Assembly (NCBI GenBank): GCA_050329585.1 | Contig: JBHJOR010000008.1 | Span: 1,481 to 65,480, forward strand | Reading direction: 5' to 3' | Length of the DNA: 64,000 bases | From: Candidatus Methylacidiphilales bacterium | Lineage (GTDB): Bacteria; Verrucomicrobiota; Verrucomicrobiia; Methylacidiphilales; JBCBYL01 | Shown here: one piece after another, positions 29,514 to 38,860 of the stretch | Position numbering within the stretch: position 1 is the stretch's first letter | Layout of the letters: every line of letters begins with the position of its first letter | Program-made: the position numbers and the translations under genes | Notes under the pieces: generated by a model | What the model was told of the DNA's origin: nothing | The model's input: the letters and a program-made list of their open reading frames with translations, nothing else | Databases searched by the model: none

Positions 29514-30725
29514 TCAAGCATGGGAGCGGAAAAAATCTCCCAGCAGACGAGCCCCACGCTGTAAATCCTCCATCGATGCGCGGGCGGCGTTGAGACGCAT
29601 ACGGGGTGTGGCGGGTGCCTGCGTCAGGAAGGCGGCACCATCAGCCACCTGAACACCCAGAGGCAGAACATTGGCTGCGCCCAGCCAACGCGGATCCGGT
29701 GAGGGGAGTTCTACCCAAAGCAGAAAACCGCCTTCCGGATTGGTGCACGTGGTGCCCGGTGGAAAGTGTTTCAAGACTTCTTGGCGCAAAAAATGGCGTC
29801 GTTCACGACACGTTGCGGTGAGTGATTTGAGGTGGGATTCAAAGGCCCCCATGACAAAGAAGGCATGAAGGATCTTCTCCGCCAAGGTGCTGCCATGCAT
29901 GGTTTCCAAGCATCGATGATTTGCGGCTTCTTCCCACCTCTTGCCGGGTAGCATGTAACCCACCCTCAGACCGGGTGCCACAGATTTGCAGTAACTGGAT
30001 ACCATCGTCACGCCGGATCCATCATCCCATGAGCGGAGCGGTGGAAGTGCCCCGTCATCGCGCAGTTCGGCGTAAATATCGTCTTCAATAATGTGCACCC
30101 CATAGCGTCGACACTGGTCGACCAGTATAGGGCGTTGGGCCAGAGGGATGGTGGCGCCACTGGGATTCGATAAAGAAGAGCAAACCACGAGGCATTTTGG
30201 GCGGTGTTGTTTGAGTAAGGGATCGAGGGCTGAAGGGAGGATGCCGCACTGTGTGTCAGTGGGAACAGGCAGGACGCGGGCGCCGAGATCATAGATTTGC
30301 TCCAGTAGATTGTAGTAACACGGGCTTTCGACAGCCACGCAATCGCCTGGCTGGATAATGAGGCGGAGGGCGAGCCGGAGGGCTTGGGTGCAACCTGTAG
30401 TCAGCAACACGTCATCCGCGCCACCGGGTAGCTGAACACCTCGGCTGGCGAGTCGATGTGCCAAGAGTTCACGCAACGCGTGATCACCCTCGGGTGCCTG
30501 ATAGGCGTAGCAACCACCCGAGGATGATTTCAAAGCTTGATGGTAGGCTTGGGTGAGGGCGTCAGTGGGGAGCAGGGCGGGATCAGGCACTCCTGCTGCC
30601 AAGTTGATCATGTGGGGATCGCCGATTTGGCGCATGAAGTCGAGCAGTCTTAGCGTTGGACGGAAAAAGCCGGGTCGGACTTCAGGTTGTCTTTCAGAGG
30701 TTAAGGTCATGGAAGGTGAGGGCAA
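29514..30725 (-). CDS. PLP-dependent aminotransferase (class I/II, MocR-type catalytic domain without HTH)
   Basis: 403 aa. PLP-lysine context SSYCKSVAPGLRVGYM and NPSGATIP. Confidence 0.75.
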   Translation of the reverse strand: MPSPSMTLTSERQPEVRPGFFRPTLRLLDFMRQIGDPHMINLAAGVPDPALLPTDALTQAYHQALKSSSGGCYAYQAPEGDHALRELLAHRLASRGVQLPGGADDVLLTTGCTQALRLALRLIIQPGDCVAVESPCYYNLLEQIYDLGARVLPVPTDTQCGILPSALDPLLKQHRPKCLVVCSSLSNPSGATIPLAQRPILVDQCRRYGVHIIEDDIYAELRDDGALPPLRSWDDGSGVTMVSSYCKSVAPGLRVGYMLPGKRWEEAANHRCLETMHGSTLAEKILHAFFVMGAFESHLKSLTATCRERRHFLRQEVLKHFPPGTTCTNPEGGFLLWVELPSPDPRWLGAANVLPLGVQVADGAAFLTQAPATPRMRLNAARASMEDLQRGARLLGDFFRSHA

Positions 30726-30759
30726 GTAGCGGGCGCAGTTTCAGATCCGTTGGCCCTTT

Positions 30760-31641
30760 TCAATCAACCAAAACCGCTTCGTCGAGGAGGTCATCGAAGC
30801 GCACGTTGAAAAGCAGCCACTCTCCTGGTCGATCCTGACGGTAGATGAATTGCCAGCGCATCGGTTCGGCTTCGTGATAAGCAAAATAGGTGAGCAGGAT
30901 GTAACGGCTACCCAGAGCGGTGCGGTCAAACAGTTCGTAAGCTTTGAGATCACCAAAATTTTCCAGTGCCGTATCTACCATTTTGATCGAGTCCTCAAGG
31001 CTATTCTCGTATCCCGGAACGGCTGAGCCGCTCAACAGCTCACTCATCGCCGCACGCGACCGTTGGCTCTGGATGTTGACAAAGAATTTTTCTATAGAAA
31101 GTTGGATTTCTGCTGGAGGTGGCTGAGGGTTGGCTTGTCGGGGAAGGTGGTTACGGTAGTCGTCCACTTTAATGTTGGCCAATACCCAGTCGGTGCCTCC
31201 GGTGGAGTAAAAGTAGAAACGCCACCGGAGAAGTTTTTTTGGCATTTCGGTTTGATACGAGATCACCAGAGATTTCTCTCCGAAACGTTGAACCCCGGTG
31301 AATTCGTGCTGGGTGTAGGCACCGAAGGCCTCAACAGACCCTTTGGAGGTGGCCGTAATTTGATCAATGACCTCGCGTTTGTCTTGAAAAGACGTCCCTT
31401 GAAAAAGGGTGAAGAATGCGGTTTCCGGAGTATCGCGCAGCAGTTTGGCAAAAAAACCTTCAAGCCTGCCGGTTATATCAGCCGGGATATCGTTTTGCCT
31501 AGAATCGCGTAGTGTGGCTACGGCGGCATCGCGCAGGGGTATATTCTGACCAAGGGTCAGCGGTGGAGTCAGAGCTGTAAGAGTTGTCAGAATCAGAGGC
31601 ACATAGAGGCCGGATCGTGACAACTGTGAAAGCCACTTCAT
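30760..31641 (-). CDS. hypothetical secreted protein with two homologous domains
   Basis: Signal peptide. Internal duplication: FGAYTQHEF...LLRWRFYFYSTGGTDWVLANIKVDD versus FGDLKAYELF...PMRWQFIYRQDRPGEWLLFNVRFDD. Confidence 0.6.
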   Translation of the reverse strand: MKWLSQLSRSGLYVPLILTTLTALTPPLTLGQNIPLRDAAVATLRDSRQNDIPADITGRLEGFFAKLLRDTPETAFFTLFQGTSFQDKREVIDQITATSKGSVEAFGAYTQHEFTGVQRFGEKSLVISYQTEMPKKLLRWRFYFYSTGGTDWVLANIKVDDYRNHLPRQANPQPPPAEIQLSIEKFFVNIQSQRSRAAMSELLSGSAVPGYENSLEDSIKMVDTALENFGDLKAYELFDRTALGSRYILLTYFAYHEAEPMRWQFIYRQDRPGEWLLFNVRFDDLLDEAVLVD

Positions 31642-32261
31642 TGGGAGAGTAGCTTTCTGAGCTGCGCTTTACTCTGATGAATCAATGGCAATCCATGGGC
31701 CATCAAAACAGTTTCGAAAGGAAGATTGAGCAGCGTAGCCAAGGACAGAATCATTTTTTTAGATTCGGTGCGATATTTTTCAGGGAGAAGTTGCAGTCCG
31801 GTCGAAGGCAGGTTGATCACCGCATCGCCTAGAATCAGCAGATGGGCCGATGGGCTAAACAGGGCCAGTTCACCTGGGCCCCCACCTGGAGAGGGAATCG
31901 GTTTGAGTCCTTGTAACTGAACCTGACCGTCCAGAATGATGTCCGGTTTACGGCTTAATTCACGCGCCGCTTCGGCCGAGGAAGCGATGGGGAGACTGAA
32001 TTCCTCGGCGAATCGTTGGGAATCGCGTTCGTGATTTCCGTTGGTCAATATGATCAGATTGGGCGTTCCGAGTGGGCTGATTTTTCTCCAGACGGATTGG
32101 TTTTTCGGAATGACCGGATCAATCAAGACCAACTGTTGCTGAAAGACGTGGGCATGACTGAAAAGATGAGTTTTACACTCCTCTGAGTAAACCGACCAAC
32201 TCACAATGCCCGGTGCGATTTTCAGGAACTCGGGGCAGTTATCCTTATCTTCCATGGCCAT
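31638..32261 (-). CDS. MBL-fold protein with degenerate metal-binding motif
   Basis: 207 aa. The MBL-like succession LIILTNGNHERD ... ILGDAV ... MAHG is present, but the canonical HxHxDH is not intact. Confidence 0.5.
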   Translation of the reverse strand: MAMEDKDNCPEFLKIAPGIVSWSVYSEECKTHLFSHAHVFQQQLVLIDPVIPKNQSVWRKISPLGTPNLIILTNGNHERDSQRFAEEFSLPIASSAEAARELSRKPDIILDGQVQLQGLKPIPSPGGGPGELALFSPSAHLLILGDAVINLPSTGLQLLPEKYRTESKKMILSLATLLNLPFETVLMAHGLPLIHQSKAQLRKLLSQ

Positions 32262-32272
32262 GCTTCAACCCC

Positions 32273-32647
32273 TCAGGCTTGTAGCAATTTTTGGTATCGC
32301 GCAGCATCTATTAACTTAGCGGATTGTTCCGGAGATGAGAGTTTAACTTTAAAGAGCCATCCCTCCTCAAAGGGTGATTGGTTAACTAAGGCCGGATTAT
32401 CGGCAAGAGCCGAATTGACCTCCACCACTTCCCCAGACATCGGCGCGTATATATCCGAGGCCGCCTTGACACTTTCAACAACCGCCACCGCCTCGCCAGC
32501 CTCTACTAATCGCCCGATCACCGGTAATTCCACGTAAACCACATCACTGAGTTCATTCTGAGCGTGATCGGTAATGCCCACGACTCCGGTTTCAGGGTTA
32601 ATCCATTCGTGTGATTCTAGGTAAAGGTAATGTTCGGGAAGGTTCAT
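32273..32647 (-). CDS. gcvH: glycine cleavage system H protein
   Basis: Lipoyl-lysine motif VESVKAASD and HEWI near the N-terminus. 4-nt overlap with gcvT. Confidence 0.9.
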   Translation of the reverse strand: MNLPEHYLYLESHEWINPETGVVGITDHAQNELSDVVYVELPVIGRLVEAGEAVAVVESVKAASDIYAPMSGEVVEVNSALADNPALVNQSPFEEGWLFKVKLSSPEQSAKLIDAARYQKLLQA

Positions 32648-33753
32648 GCGTTTCTTTTATAAAGGGGTTTTTTCTTGAGACGACCAGAGTAAGATTTTCC
32701 ACGGATATCCATGGTAAAGGATTGTTCAGGTTGCGCTACGGAAGTGGGCACCAAAGCCAAGCCGATTCCTTGATCTAGAGTGGGAGTGATTGCTCCACTG
32801 GTCACTTTTCCCACTACCTTGCCGTCGATCTGTAATTCGTAATCATGGCGCGGAGGCGGTGTTTTCCCGTCCATGACAAAGGCCATCAGTTTACGCTCAA
32901 CACCTTGTTCCAGGGTTTTGCGCAGGACGTGACTACCGATGAATTTTTCAGGTTTATCAAAGCTGACAAAGCTGCGCAGGCCCGCTTCCAGTGGGTTGAT
33001 CTCAGGGGAGAGGTCATTTCCGTTAAGCGGCAGGCCTGCTTCGAGCCGCAGGGTATCGCGCGCTCCCAAACCGGCAGGCAACCCATCTAACGCCGGTAAA
33101 CGCTTCATCAACATATCCCACACCTGGGTCGCGGCCTCAGCCGTAAAAAACAACTCGAATCCATCTTCGCCAGTGTAACCCGTGCGGGCGATCCAAAGCG
33201 GGGGATTCGATTCTTCCCAATAGGTTATCCTATTACGCCGAGGAAGGATCGATTGCTGGGGAAACACTTTTTCAATCAAATGCTCACTCAGTGGTCCTTG
33301 GACGGCCAAAGCGGCCATCGATTCCCCTATGTTTTCCATTGCCACCCCTTGGGGTAAATGCTCTTGAAGCCAGCTCCAGTCCTTCGAGCTCTGGGATGCA
33401 TTCACCACCAGCATGAATTTCTGCTCAGTAAGCCGGTAGAGGATCAAATCGTCGATCACTCCACCTCGCTCATTTAACATCAATGTATATTGACCTTCTC
33501 CGATGGCGATGGTGCGGACATCGTTGGTTAGCAACGTGTTTAAACCGCTTTCCGCTTTGGCCCCCGTCACGGTGAAAATCCCCATGTGGCTGATATCAAA
33601 AACCCCGACGTGTTTGCGCACCGCGTGGTGTTCAGCCTGTATTCCCTGATAGTAGACGGGCATCAGCCAGCCGGAAAATGAAATCATTCGGGCTTCCAGC
33701 TTCTCGTGGCAGAGATGGAAGGGCGACTTGGACTCCTGAGTTTTGCTGGCCAT
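32644..33753 (-). CDS. gcvT: glycine cleavage system aminomethyltransferase T
   Basis: Motifs FSGWLMPVYY, VGVFDISHMG, ARTGYTGEDGFE and GARDTLRLEAGL. Confidence 0.9.
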   Translation of the reverse strand: MASKTQESKSPFHLCHEKLEARMISFSGWLMPVYYQGIQAEHHAVRKHVGVFDISHMGIFTVTGAKAESGLNTLLTNDVRTIAIGEGQYTLMLNERGGVIDDLILYRLTEQKFMLVVNASQSSKDWSWLQEHLPQGVAMENIGESMAALAVQGPLSEHLIEKVFPQQSILPRRNRITYWEESNPPLWIARTGYTGEDGFELFFTAEAATQVWDMLMKRLPALDGLPAGLGARDTLRLEAGLPLNGNDLSPEINPLEAGLRSFVSFDKPEKFIGSHVLRKTLEQGVERKLMAFVMDGKTPPPRHDYELQIDGKVVGKVTSGAITPTLDQGIGLALVPTSVAQPEQSFTMDIRGKSYSGRLKKKPLYKRNA

Positions 33754-33790
33754 GTAGGAAATGATTAACTTAGAAGTGGGAGGTATTCTG

Positions 33791-34792
33791 TCAATCCTCG
33801 GTGGAGCCGGTTACCGGTTTGCCGCTGCGTTGAACGGCTCTCCAAAAGCGCCTTTTATGAAGGATGAACCCCGACATCAGCAACGCCAAGCCCGCCAACA
33901 ACTGCATCATACGTGGACGTCCCCAGCCGGGAGTGGGATCTATTTTTAACACATCCGCGAAAACCACCAAAAAGGTGATGGTGGCTCCCGCCATCAGCAC
34001 CAGAGCGCGTGCGATCATCATGATGGTGATTTCCATCGGAGATATCATGCTATAACCATAGCTTCGCACGAACCAGTTTTTCATTTTGCGGCTTTTGAGC
34101 ACAAAACTTGCCGCCAGCAGACTCAATCCTACGAACAGGTGGATGGTGCGATCCGCACTCCAGCCGGGAGTCGGGTCGGTTTTCAGCACATCGGCAAGAA
34201 TAACCAGTAGAATGGTGATGATACCAGCGATGAACAGCAACAAACGAGAAACGTTGAGGACAAATCCTTGAGCGTTTCGAAGGTGCCAGGCTCCCACATA
34301 ATTCACCACCCAGCGCTGCAACGGTTTGCTGTGCAGTAAGTAGGTAGCCAGAAGCAGGCTCAGTCCCGAGGCCAGTTGTAACGCCCGCATCTTGCCAAAC
34401 CCCGGAGTGGGATCAATGCCCAGCCAATCCGCAGTGATCACTACCAAACAAATCGACAAGCCAACACAAAACATCACCGCCTGACTTAAAGATAAGGTGA
34501 TCAGGGACCAGGGTGCCATAGCCCGAAAGGCAAAACTGCGCATCAGCCAAATCTGAATAGGCCGCATAAATAAAATGATGCTCACCAGCAGGAAGTTGAA
34601 CCCTAGGATCACCGCCACCACGCGGGTTACGGGCCAACCTTCAAACGTGCCCGGTGAAAAATGATTGGCGGCCAAACCAATGGTCAGAATTAAAAAACCC
34701 ACCAACCCAAGAACCACCCGTGCTATCCAATAAGCATAGTTGATAGGCTGCGTCATGGAGTCCCAAGCTAGCTGGAGAGTATCAACATTCAA
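33791..34792 (-). CDS. polytopic membrane protein built from four tandem two-helix modules
   Basis: Repeated module ...A(D)xLxxDPTPG(W/F)G...L.xGLsLL...(K/R)-rich. Three clear copies (ADWLGIDPTPGFG, ADVLKTDPTPGWS, ADVLKIDPTPGWG) plus a degenerate first copy. Start is TTG 34792 or ATG 34756. Confidence 0.7.
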   Translation of the reverse strand: MNVDTLQLAWDSMTQPINYAYWIARVVLGLVGFLILTIGLAANHFSPGTFEGWPVTRVVAVILGFNFLLVSIILFMRPIQIWLMRSFAFRAMAPWSLITLSLSQAVMFCVGLSICLVVITADWLGIDPTPGFGKMRALQLASGLSLLLATYLLHSKPLQRWVVNYVGAWHLRNAQGFVLNVSRLLLFIAGIITILLVILADVLKTDPTPGWSADRTIHLFVGLSLLAASFVLKSRKMKNWFVRSYGYSMISPMEITIMMIARALVLMAGATITFLVVFADVLKIDPTPGWGRPRMMQLLAGLALLMSGFILHKRRFWRAVQRSGKPVTGSTED

Positions 34793-34915
34793 GTGCTCAT
34801 TCAGCCCGATTTCGACTTCCTAGGTTTGACAGGGTGGGACGGTTTCAAAATGCTGCAAAGCAGCAAATCTTTGCATTGTGAAGCGCCCAGTTTTTGATAA
34901 GATGTCAAATTCTAT

Positions 34916-35000
34916 GGACAGGTGGCAGAGTGGTCGATCGCGGCGGTCTTGAAAACCGCTGGGCCGCAAGGTCCCGTGGGTTCGAATCCCACCCTGTCCG
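34916..35000 (+). tRNA. tRNA-Ser (anticodon UGA)
   Basis: Cloverleaf read by eye: acceptor GGACAGG/CCTGTCC, anticodon arm GCGGT-CTTGAAA-ACCGC, long variable arm, T-loop GTGGG-TTCGAAT-CCCAC. Aligns well with E. coli tRNA-Ser(UGA). CCA is not encoded. Confidence 0.9.
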
Positions 35001-35130
35001 AACTTGAGTGAGGCAGCGACTCTTTGCGGAGTGACTTTATTCTGTCTTGTTTACGTCCCGCCAAGTCTTTTACCTGAATCCGAGGAAATCCGGCTTTGCA
35101 GTCCGTAGGCGCAAGTGATACGTTGCTGTG

Positions 35131-35661
35131 ATGCAGTGTACGTTTTGTAAAGGTCAGGAGGCCACATGTCATTTGACCAAGATCGTTGACGGGAAAGTCA
35201 TCGAAGTTCACGTTTGCGCCAAATGTATCCCCGAGATCAATCAGGAAAACTTGCTGGATTTTGATATCTGGGATGCCGTGGCCCAACTCGCCCAGAAAAA
35301 AGGCATGGAAGATCCCTCTCAAATGGTCGAAAGCCACCACCCGGAAGAGATTTCCGCCAAATCGTTTCTTTTAGCAGAGGGTAGTGATGCCACGTGCCCC
35401 GCGTGCGGCTTCTCCGCCGAGCAGTTGCGCAAAATTGGCCGGCTCGGTTGCCCGGAATGCTACGGCGTTTTTTCCGAAATGCTGGAGGACGTCATCCATG
35501 ATTGTCAGAAGGGCGATGTCCACACCGGGAAAGTTCCTAAACAACTGGTGGGAGTTAAAATTAAGCACCTCGAGGATGCGCTGCGTCACGCCATCTTTGA
35601 AGAACGCTTCGAGGAAGCGGCGCAAATCCGTGATCGTATCAAATCGATCGCACAGACCTGA
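35131..35661 (+). CDS. UvrB/UvrC-motif protein, McsA-like (zinc fingers plus UVR domain)
   Basis: CTFC...CAKC and CPAC...CPEC zinc-finger pairs. C-terminal UVR-like helix LEDALRHAIFEERFEEAAQIRDRIKSI. Confidence 0.7.
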   Translation: MQCTFCKGQEATCHLTKIVDGKVIEVHVCAKCIPEINQENLLDFDIWDAVAQLAQKKGMEDPSQMVESHHPEEISAKSFLLAEGSDATCPACGFSAEQLRKIGRLGCPECYGVFSEMLEDVIHDCQKGDVHTGKVPKQLVGVKIKHLEDALRHAIFEERFEEAAQIRDRIKSIAQT

Positions 35662-35675
35662 GGCGGTTTTTTCGA

Positions 35676-36614
35676 ATGAAGGTTCGTTCCACCCGATCTA
35701 TTTGGAAAGCCCTTAATGATCCGACCCGGGTGCGGCTGTTGGCCCTCCTGCAAGAATCGGATCTCTCGGTGACCGAAATCCGGCAAATCACACTCTTGTC
35801 GCAGTCCTTGATCTCAGCGCATCTGGCGGTGTTGAGGAATGAAGCACTTGTTACCACTCGCAAGGAAGGCAAGTCCATCTACTACGAAGCCGATCTGGAA
35901 GTGCCCGCTGAAGTGCGGGTGATCGTGGACGCTGCACTGAAGACCCTGAGTGAAATCTCTGAGTCGAACCGTGATCAGGAGGAACTGAAAAACGCCCTGC
36001 GTCAGCGGCGGGAAGCCACTCAGCAATATTTCAACCGCATTGCGGGCAAGCTGGGAAAAGCCTATTGTCCCGGGCGCACTTGGTCTGCAGTGGGGCCCAT
36101 GCTGGCGCATCTTATTGGCGATGTCGAGGTGGCGGATTTGGGAGCGGGGGAAGGCTGGCTATCACTCCTTTTAGCACAAAGGGCTCGGCGGGTCATCGCC
36201 GTCGATAACGCGCCTAAGATGGTGGAATTTGGGCAGGAGCAGGTGCGAGCGCATGGTATTGATAATGTGGAGTTTCGTTTGGGTAACTTGGAAGATCCAC
36301 CGGTGGAGCCGTCCTCCATGGATGTCGTGGTTTACAGTCAGGCATTGCATCATGTTGACGACCCCGGCGCGGCCTTGTTACGGGGGGCGGTGCTCTTGCG
36401 CCCGGGCGGTATTTTAGCGGTGTTGGATTTACAGCAGCACCGGCAGGACAAAGCGCGTGAAATGTATCATGACCGCTGGTTGGGGTTTGCTGAAAGTGAT
36501 TTGCGCTCCTGGTTCAAAGCGGCTGGATTACAGAAAGTCTTGTTGCAAAAACTGGAGCCCGACCCTCATGATCCCGCTTACATTCCCATTCTGGCTAGCG
36601 GGCGGAAGCGCTGA
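35676..36614 (+). CDS. ArsR-family HTH fused to class I SAM-dependent methyltransferase
   Basis: N-terminal LNDPTRVRLLALLQESDLSVTEIRQI...SAHLAVLRNEALV (ArsR wHTH). C-terminal VADLGAGEGWLS (motif I) and methyltransferase core. Confidence 0.8.
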   Translation: MKVRSTRSIWKALNDPTRVRLLALLQESDLSVTEIRQITLLSQSLISAHLAVLRNEALVTTRKEGKSIYYEADLEVPAEVRVIVDAALKTLSEISESNRDQEELKNALRQRREATQQYFNRIAGKLGKAYCPGRTWSAVGPMLAHLIGDVEVADLGAGEGWLSLLLAQRARRVIAVDNAPKMVEFGQEQVRAHGIDNVEFRLGNLEDPPVEPSSMDVVVYSQALHHVDDPGAALLRGAVLLRPGGILAVLDLQQHRQDKAREMYHDRWLGFAESDLRSWFKAAGLQKVLLQKLEPDPHDPAYIPILASGRKR

Positions 36615-37803
36615 CTTTCTGCATCATCGGCAATAGTTCTTTTGTATATAAAAAAGAGGGCACTTGGCGTCGGAGACAGTTTCTGCGCTCCACATGAACA
36701 GTATCCTGCATTAAAGATTCTGCGGCACTCACGGCTTCTTTGGGTGTGGATACCTTGAGGACATGGCTGAGGGGCCAGCCCTGAACATCGGCATCCAACG
36801 TGCTCCAACATGGAATGCGGTGAAGCAGTGCTTCGATCGCCGGAAGGCCAAATCCTTCATATCCCGACGTGAAAAGCACCACATCGGCAAAGTTGAACAT
36901 TTGCTGCCAGGCCACGAGAGGATCCTGGAAAACCTTAGCCAGCAGGCAGGAGTGTTCCTCCAGGCCCATCATGGGTGCCAGAGATTCAATGTAACTACGG
37001 TATTGGTGGTTGGCGGGTTGATAGGGATCTGGAGCTCCGGAAACCACTAACAGCGCATCCAAGCCCGACTTTCGGATCGCGGTGGTCATCTCGTAGGCCA
37101 GATCGATCTTTTTGCGCTGCATGATCTTGGTGGGGTAATACAAAACCAGATCACGATCCAACAGCCGCCACGGCTCCATACGCGGGAGAAACCAAGGATC
37201 CGTGCCAAAGGCGTCCTGCCAATCCACAGTAGGTTCGATGCGGTGCAGTCGCTCGACAGGAACCTTGAGGATTTCATTGAGTTCCGATTGTCGGCGACGT
37301 GATACGGCCACGTAGTGCGCGGAAGGATGCAGTGTCTTCAACATAGACCACGGATGGTGGTCGGCCAACGGCAGCGCATGGCTGTGATTGCTCGGGGCGA
37401 AGTCGTGCGCCCAGACCACCAAGGGATGTGCTTCCCCCAGTTCCCACACCGCGCGGGTCAGGGATAAATTATAGGGAGTCGTCAGTGCCCCGTGATCCAT
37501 AACCAAATCAGCCCAGGAAAAATGAGGCTTGAGCAACTCGGTCAGTCGCGCGGTAAATTCATGAAAGTGAGCATCAGTTTGTCCATGATCCACCGCTCGC
37601 TTGACGGTCTGATTCAACTCGAAATCCGGATGTAAGGCTTCTAAGCAGAGCACTTCATAGCTCTCGGAGGAAGCTTCACCGCTTCCTGTCAGCACGCGCA
37701 CCTGATGACCGTGAGTGCTGAGCAGTGTCGCTTGTTGTTTCATGGTGGATTCCGCCCCTCCGGCATGGGGCCAGAACGTCGGGTGAAGCAGGACTACTTT
37801 CAT
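36595..37803 (-). CDS. glycosyltransferase, GT-B fold (GT4-like)
   Basis: ORF trimmed to MKVVLLHPTFWPHAGGAES. C-terminal EGFGLPAIEAL motif. 20-nt convergent overlap with the previous gene. Confidence 0.8.
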   Translation of the reverse strand: MKVVLLHPTFWPHAGGAESTMKQQATLLSTHGHQVRVLTGSGEASSESYEVLCLEALHPDFELNQTVKRAVDHGQTDAHFHEFTARLTELLKPHFSWADLVMDHGALTTPYNLSLTRAVWELGEAHPLVVWAHDFAPSNHSHALPLADHHPWSMLKTLHPSAHYVAVSRRRQSELNEILKVPVERLHRIEPTVDWQDAFGTDPWFLPRMEPWRLLDRDLVLYYPTKIMQRKKIDLAYEMTTAIRKSGLDALLVVSGAPDPYQPANHQYRSYIESLAPMMGLEEHSCLLAKVFQDPLVAWQQMFNFADVVLFTSGYEGFGLPAIEALLHRIPCWSTLDADVQGWPLSHVLKVSTPKEAVSAAESLMQDTVHVERRNCLRRQVPSFLYTKELLPMMQKVSASAR

Positions 37804-37873
37804 CGAGGGCGCGACTATATAGCCGTGGCGCAATCGACCCAAGGTAAAAAAATAACTCCCCAGCAGAGGTTGG

Positions 37874-38860
37874 ATGGGGTTGACTGGAAAGATGTCCGAA
37901 AAAGGTGCCGCTCTCTCCGATCCATGGGTGGACGATTTTTTGCAGTATCTGGATTCGGGCCGGGGCTATTCAAAAAAGACGGTGCGTAACTACGCCCATG
38001 CTCTGCGGATTTTCTCGGCTGGATCACGCCGCGATTGGTCGGCGTTGGTGGCGGATGATTTCCGCCGCCACCTGCATGCCCTGAGTGTATCGCGCAAGCA
38101 GGGAACCGCCACGGTGCGACTGCAGTTCTCAGCCCTCAGATCCTTTTACCGCTATCTTCAGCGCCGGGGTAGAGTGAAAAATAATCCTATTCTGGAAATC
38201 CGCCTTCCTTCTCCCGCGCGCAAATTACCGAGGTTTTTTAGTGAAGAGCAAGTCACCGCTTTTCTGGAAGCTCCCTTGGAGATGTGTCGTCAGCTCGATG
38301 AAAGAAATTCCTCCGCAGCGCGGGGTCCCGGTCGCAGAATGGAACGCTGGCAGCTCCTGCGCGATGCCGCGATTCTAGAGGTGTTTTACAGCACCGGGAT
38401 GCGTATTCAAGAATTGGTGGGCATGAATCATGATGATGTGGATAGTCAACACGGAGTGGTGCGGGTTATGGGGAAGGGGGGCAAGGAGCGCATGGCGGTA
38501 TTGGGTCGCCCAGCGCTTTCGGCGTATGTGAGGTATCGTTCCGAACTAGCTGGTCTGCCTTGGTTCCGTGTAGCGGTGGCGGCTTTTGTGGGTGGGGGAG
38601 GTAAACGGTTGACCGCGCGTAGTATTCAGCAGCGGTTCAAGGTTTACCTCGCACGCGCTGGCTTGGATCCGGCCTTGTCGCCGCATAAACTCCGCCATAC
38701 CTTTGCCACGCATATGTTGGATCATGGAGCCGATTTAAGAAACGTTCAGGAACTGCTGGGGCATGCCCAACTGAGCACCACCCAAATTTACGCTCAACTC
38801 ACTCCCGAACGGATGCGTCGCAGTTACGATGCATCCCACCCCATGGCTCACGGTTCATGA
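37874..38860 (+). CDS. tyrosine recombinase XerC/XerD family
   Basis: N-terminal SAM-like domain (YSKKTVRNYAHALRIF). Catalytic region RDAAILEVFYSTGMRIQE, HKLRHTFATHML and LGHAQLSTTQIY. Confidence 0.85.
   Translation: MGLTGKMSEKGAALSDPWVDDFLQYLDSGRGYSKKTVRNYAHALRIFSAGSRRDWSALVADDFRRHLHALSVSRKQGTATVRLQFSALRSFYRYLQRRGRVKNNPILEIRLPSPARKLPRFFSEEQVTAFLEAPLEMCRQLDERNSSAARGPGRRMERWQLLRDAAILEVFYSTGMRIQELVGMNHDDVDSQHGVVRVMGKGGKERMAVLGRPALSAYVRYRSELAGLPWFRVAVAAFVGGGGKRLTARSIQQRFKVYLARAGLDPALSPHKLRHTFATHMLDHGADLRNVQELLGHAQLSTTQIYAQLTPERMRRSYDASHPMAHGS

Noticed and set aside
33754-34915. Expected glycine riboswitch upstream of gcvT.
   Set aside because: Only 37 nt lie before gcvT. The 123-nt gap upstream of the repeat-membrane gene shows no tandem GGAGAG...ACCGAAGGGGCAA-type cores on the minus strand, only a small TGCTGC-AAA-GCAGCA hairpin. 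An Infernal scan would be decisive.
35001-35127. Possible ncRNA or regulatory element between tRNA-Ser and the McsA-like gene.
   Set aside because: No stable hairpin, terminator or known riboswitch core was evident by eye. It is most likely just promoter and leader.
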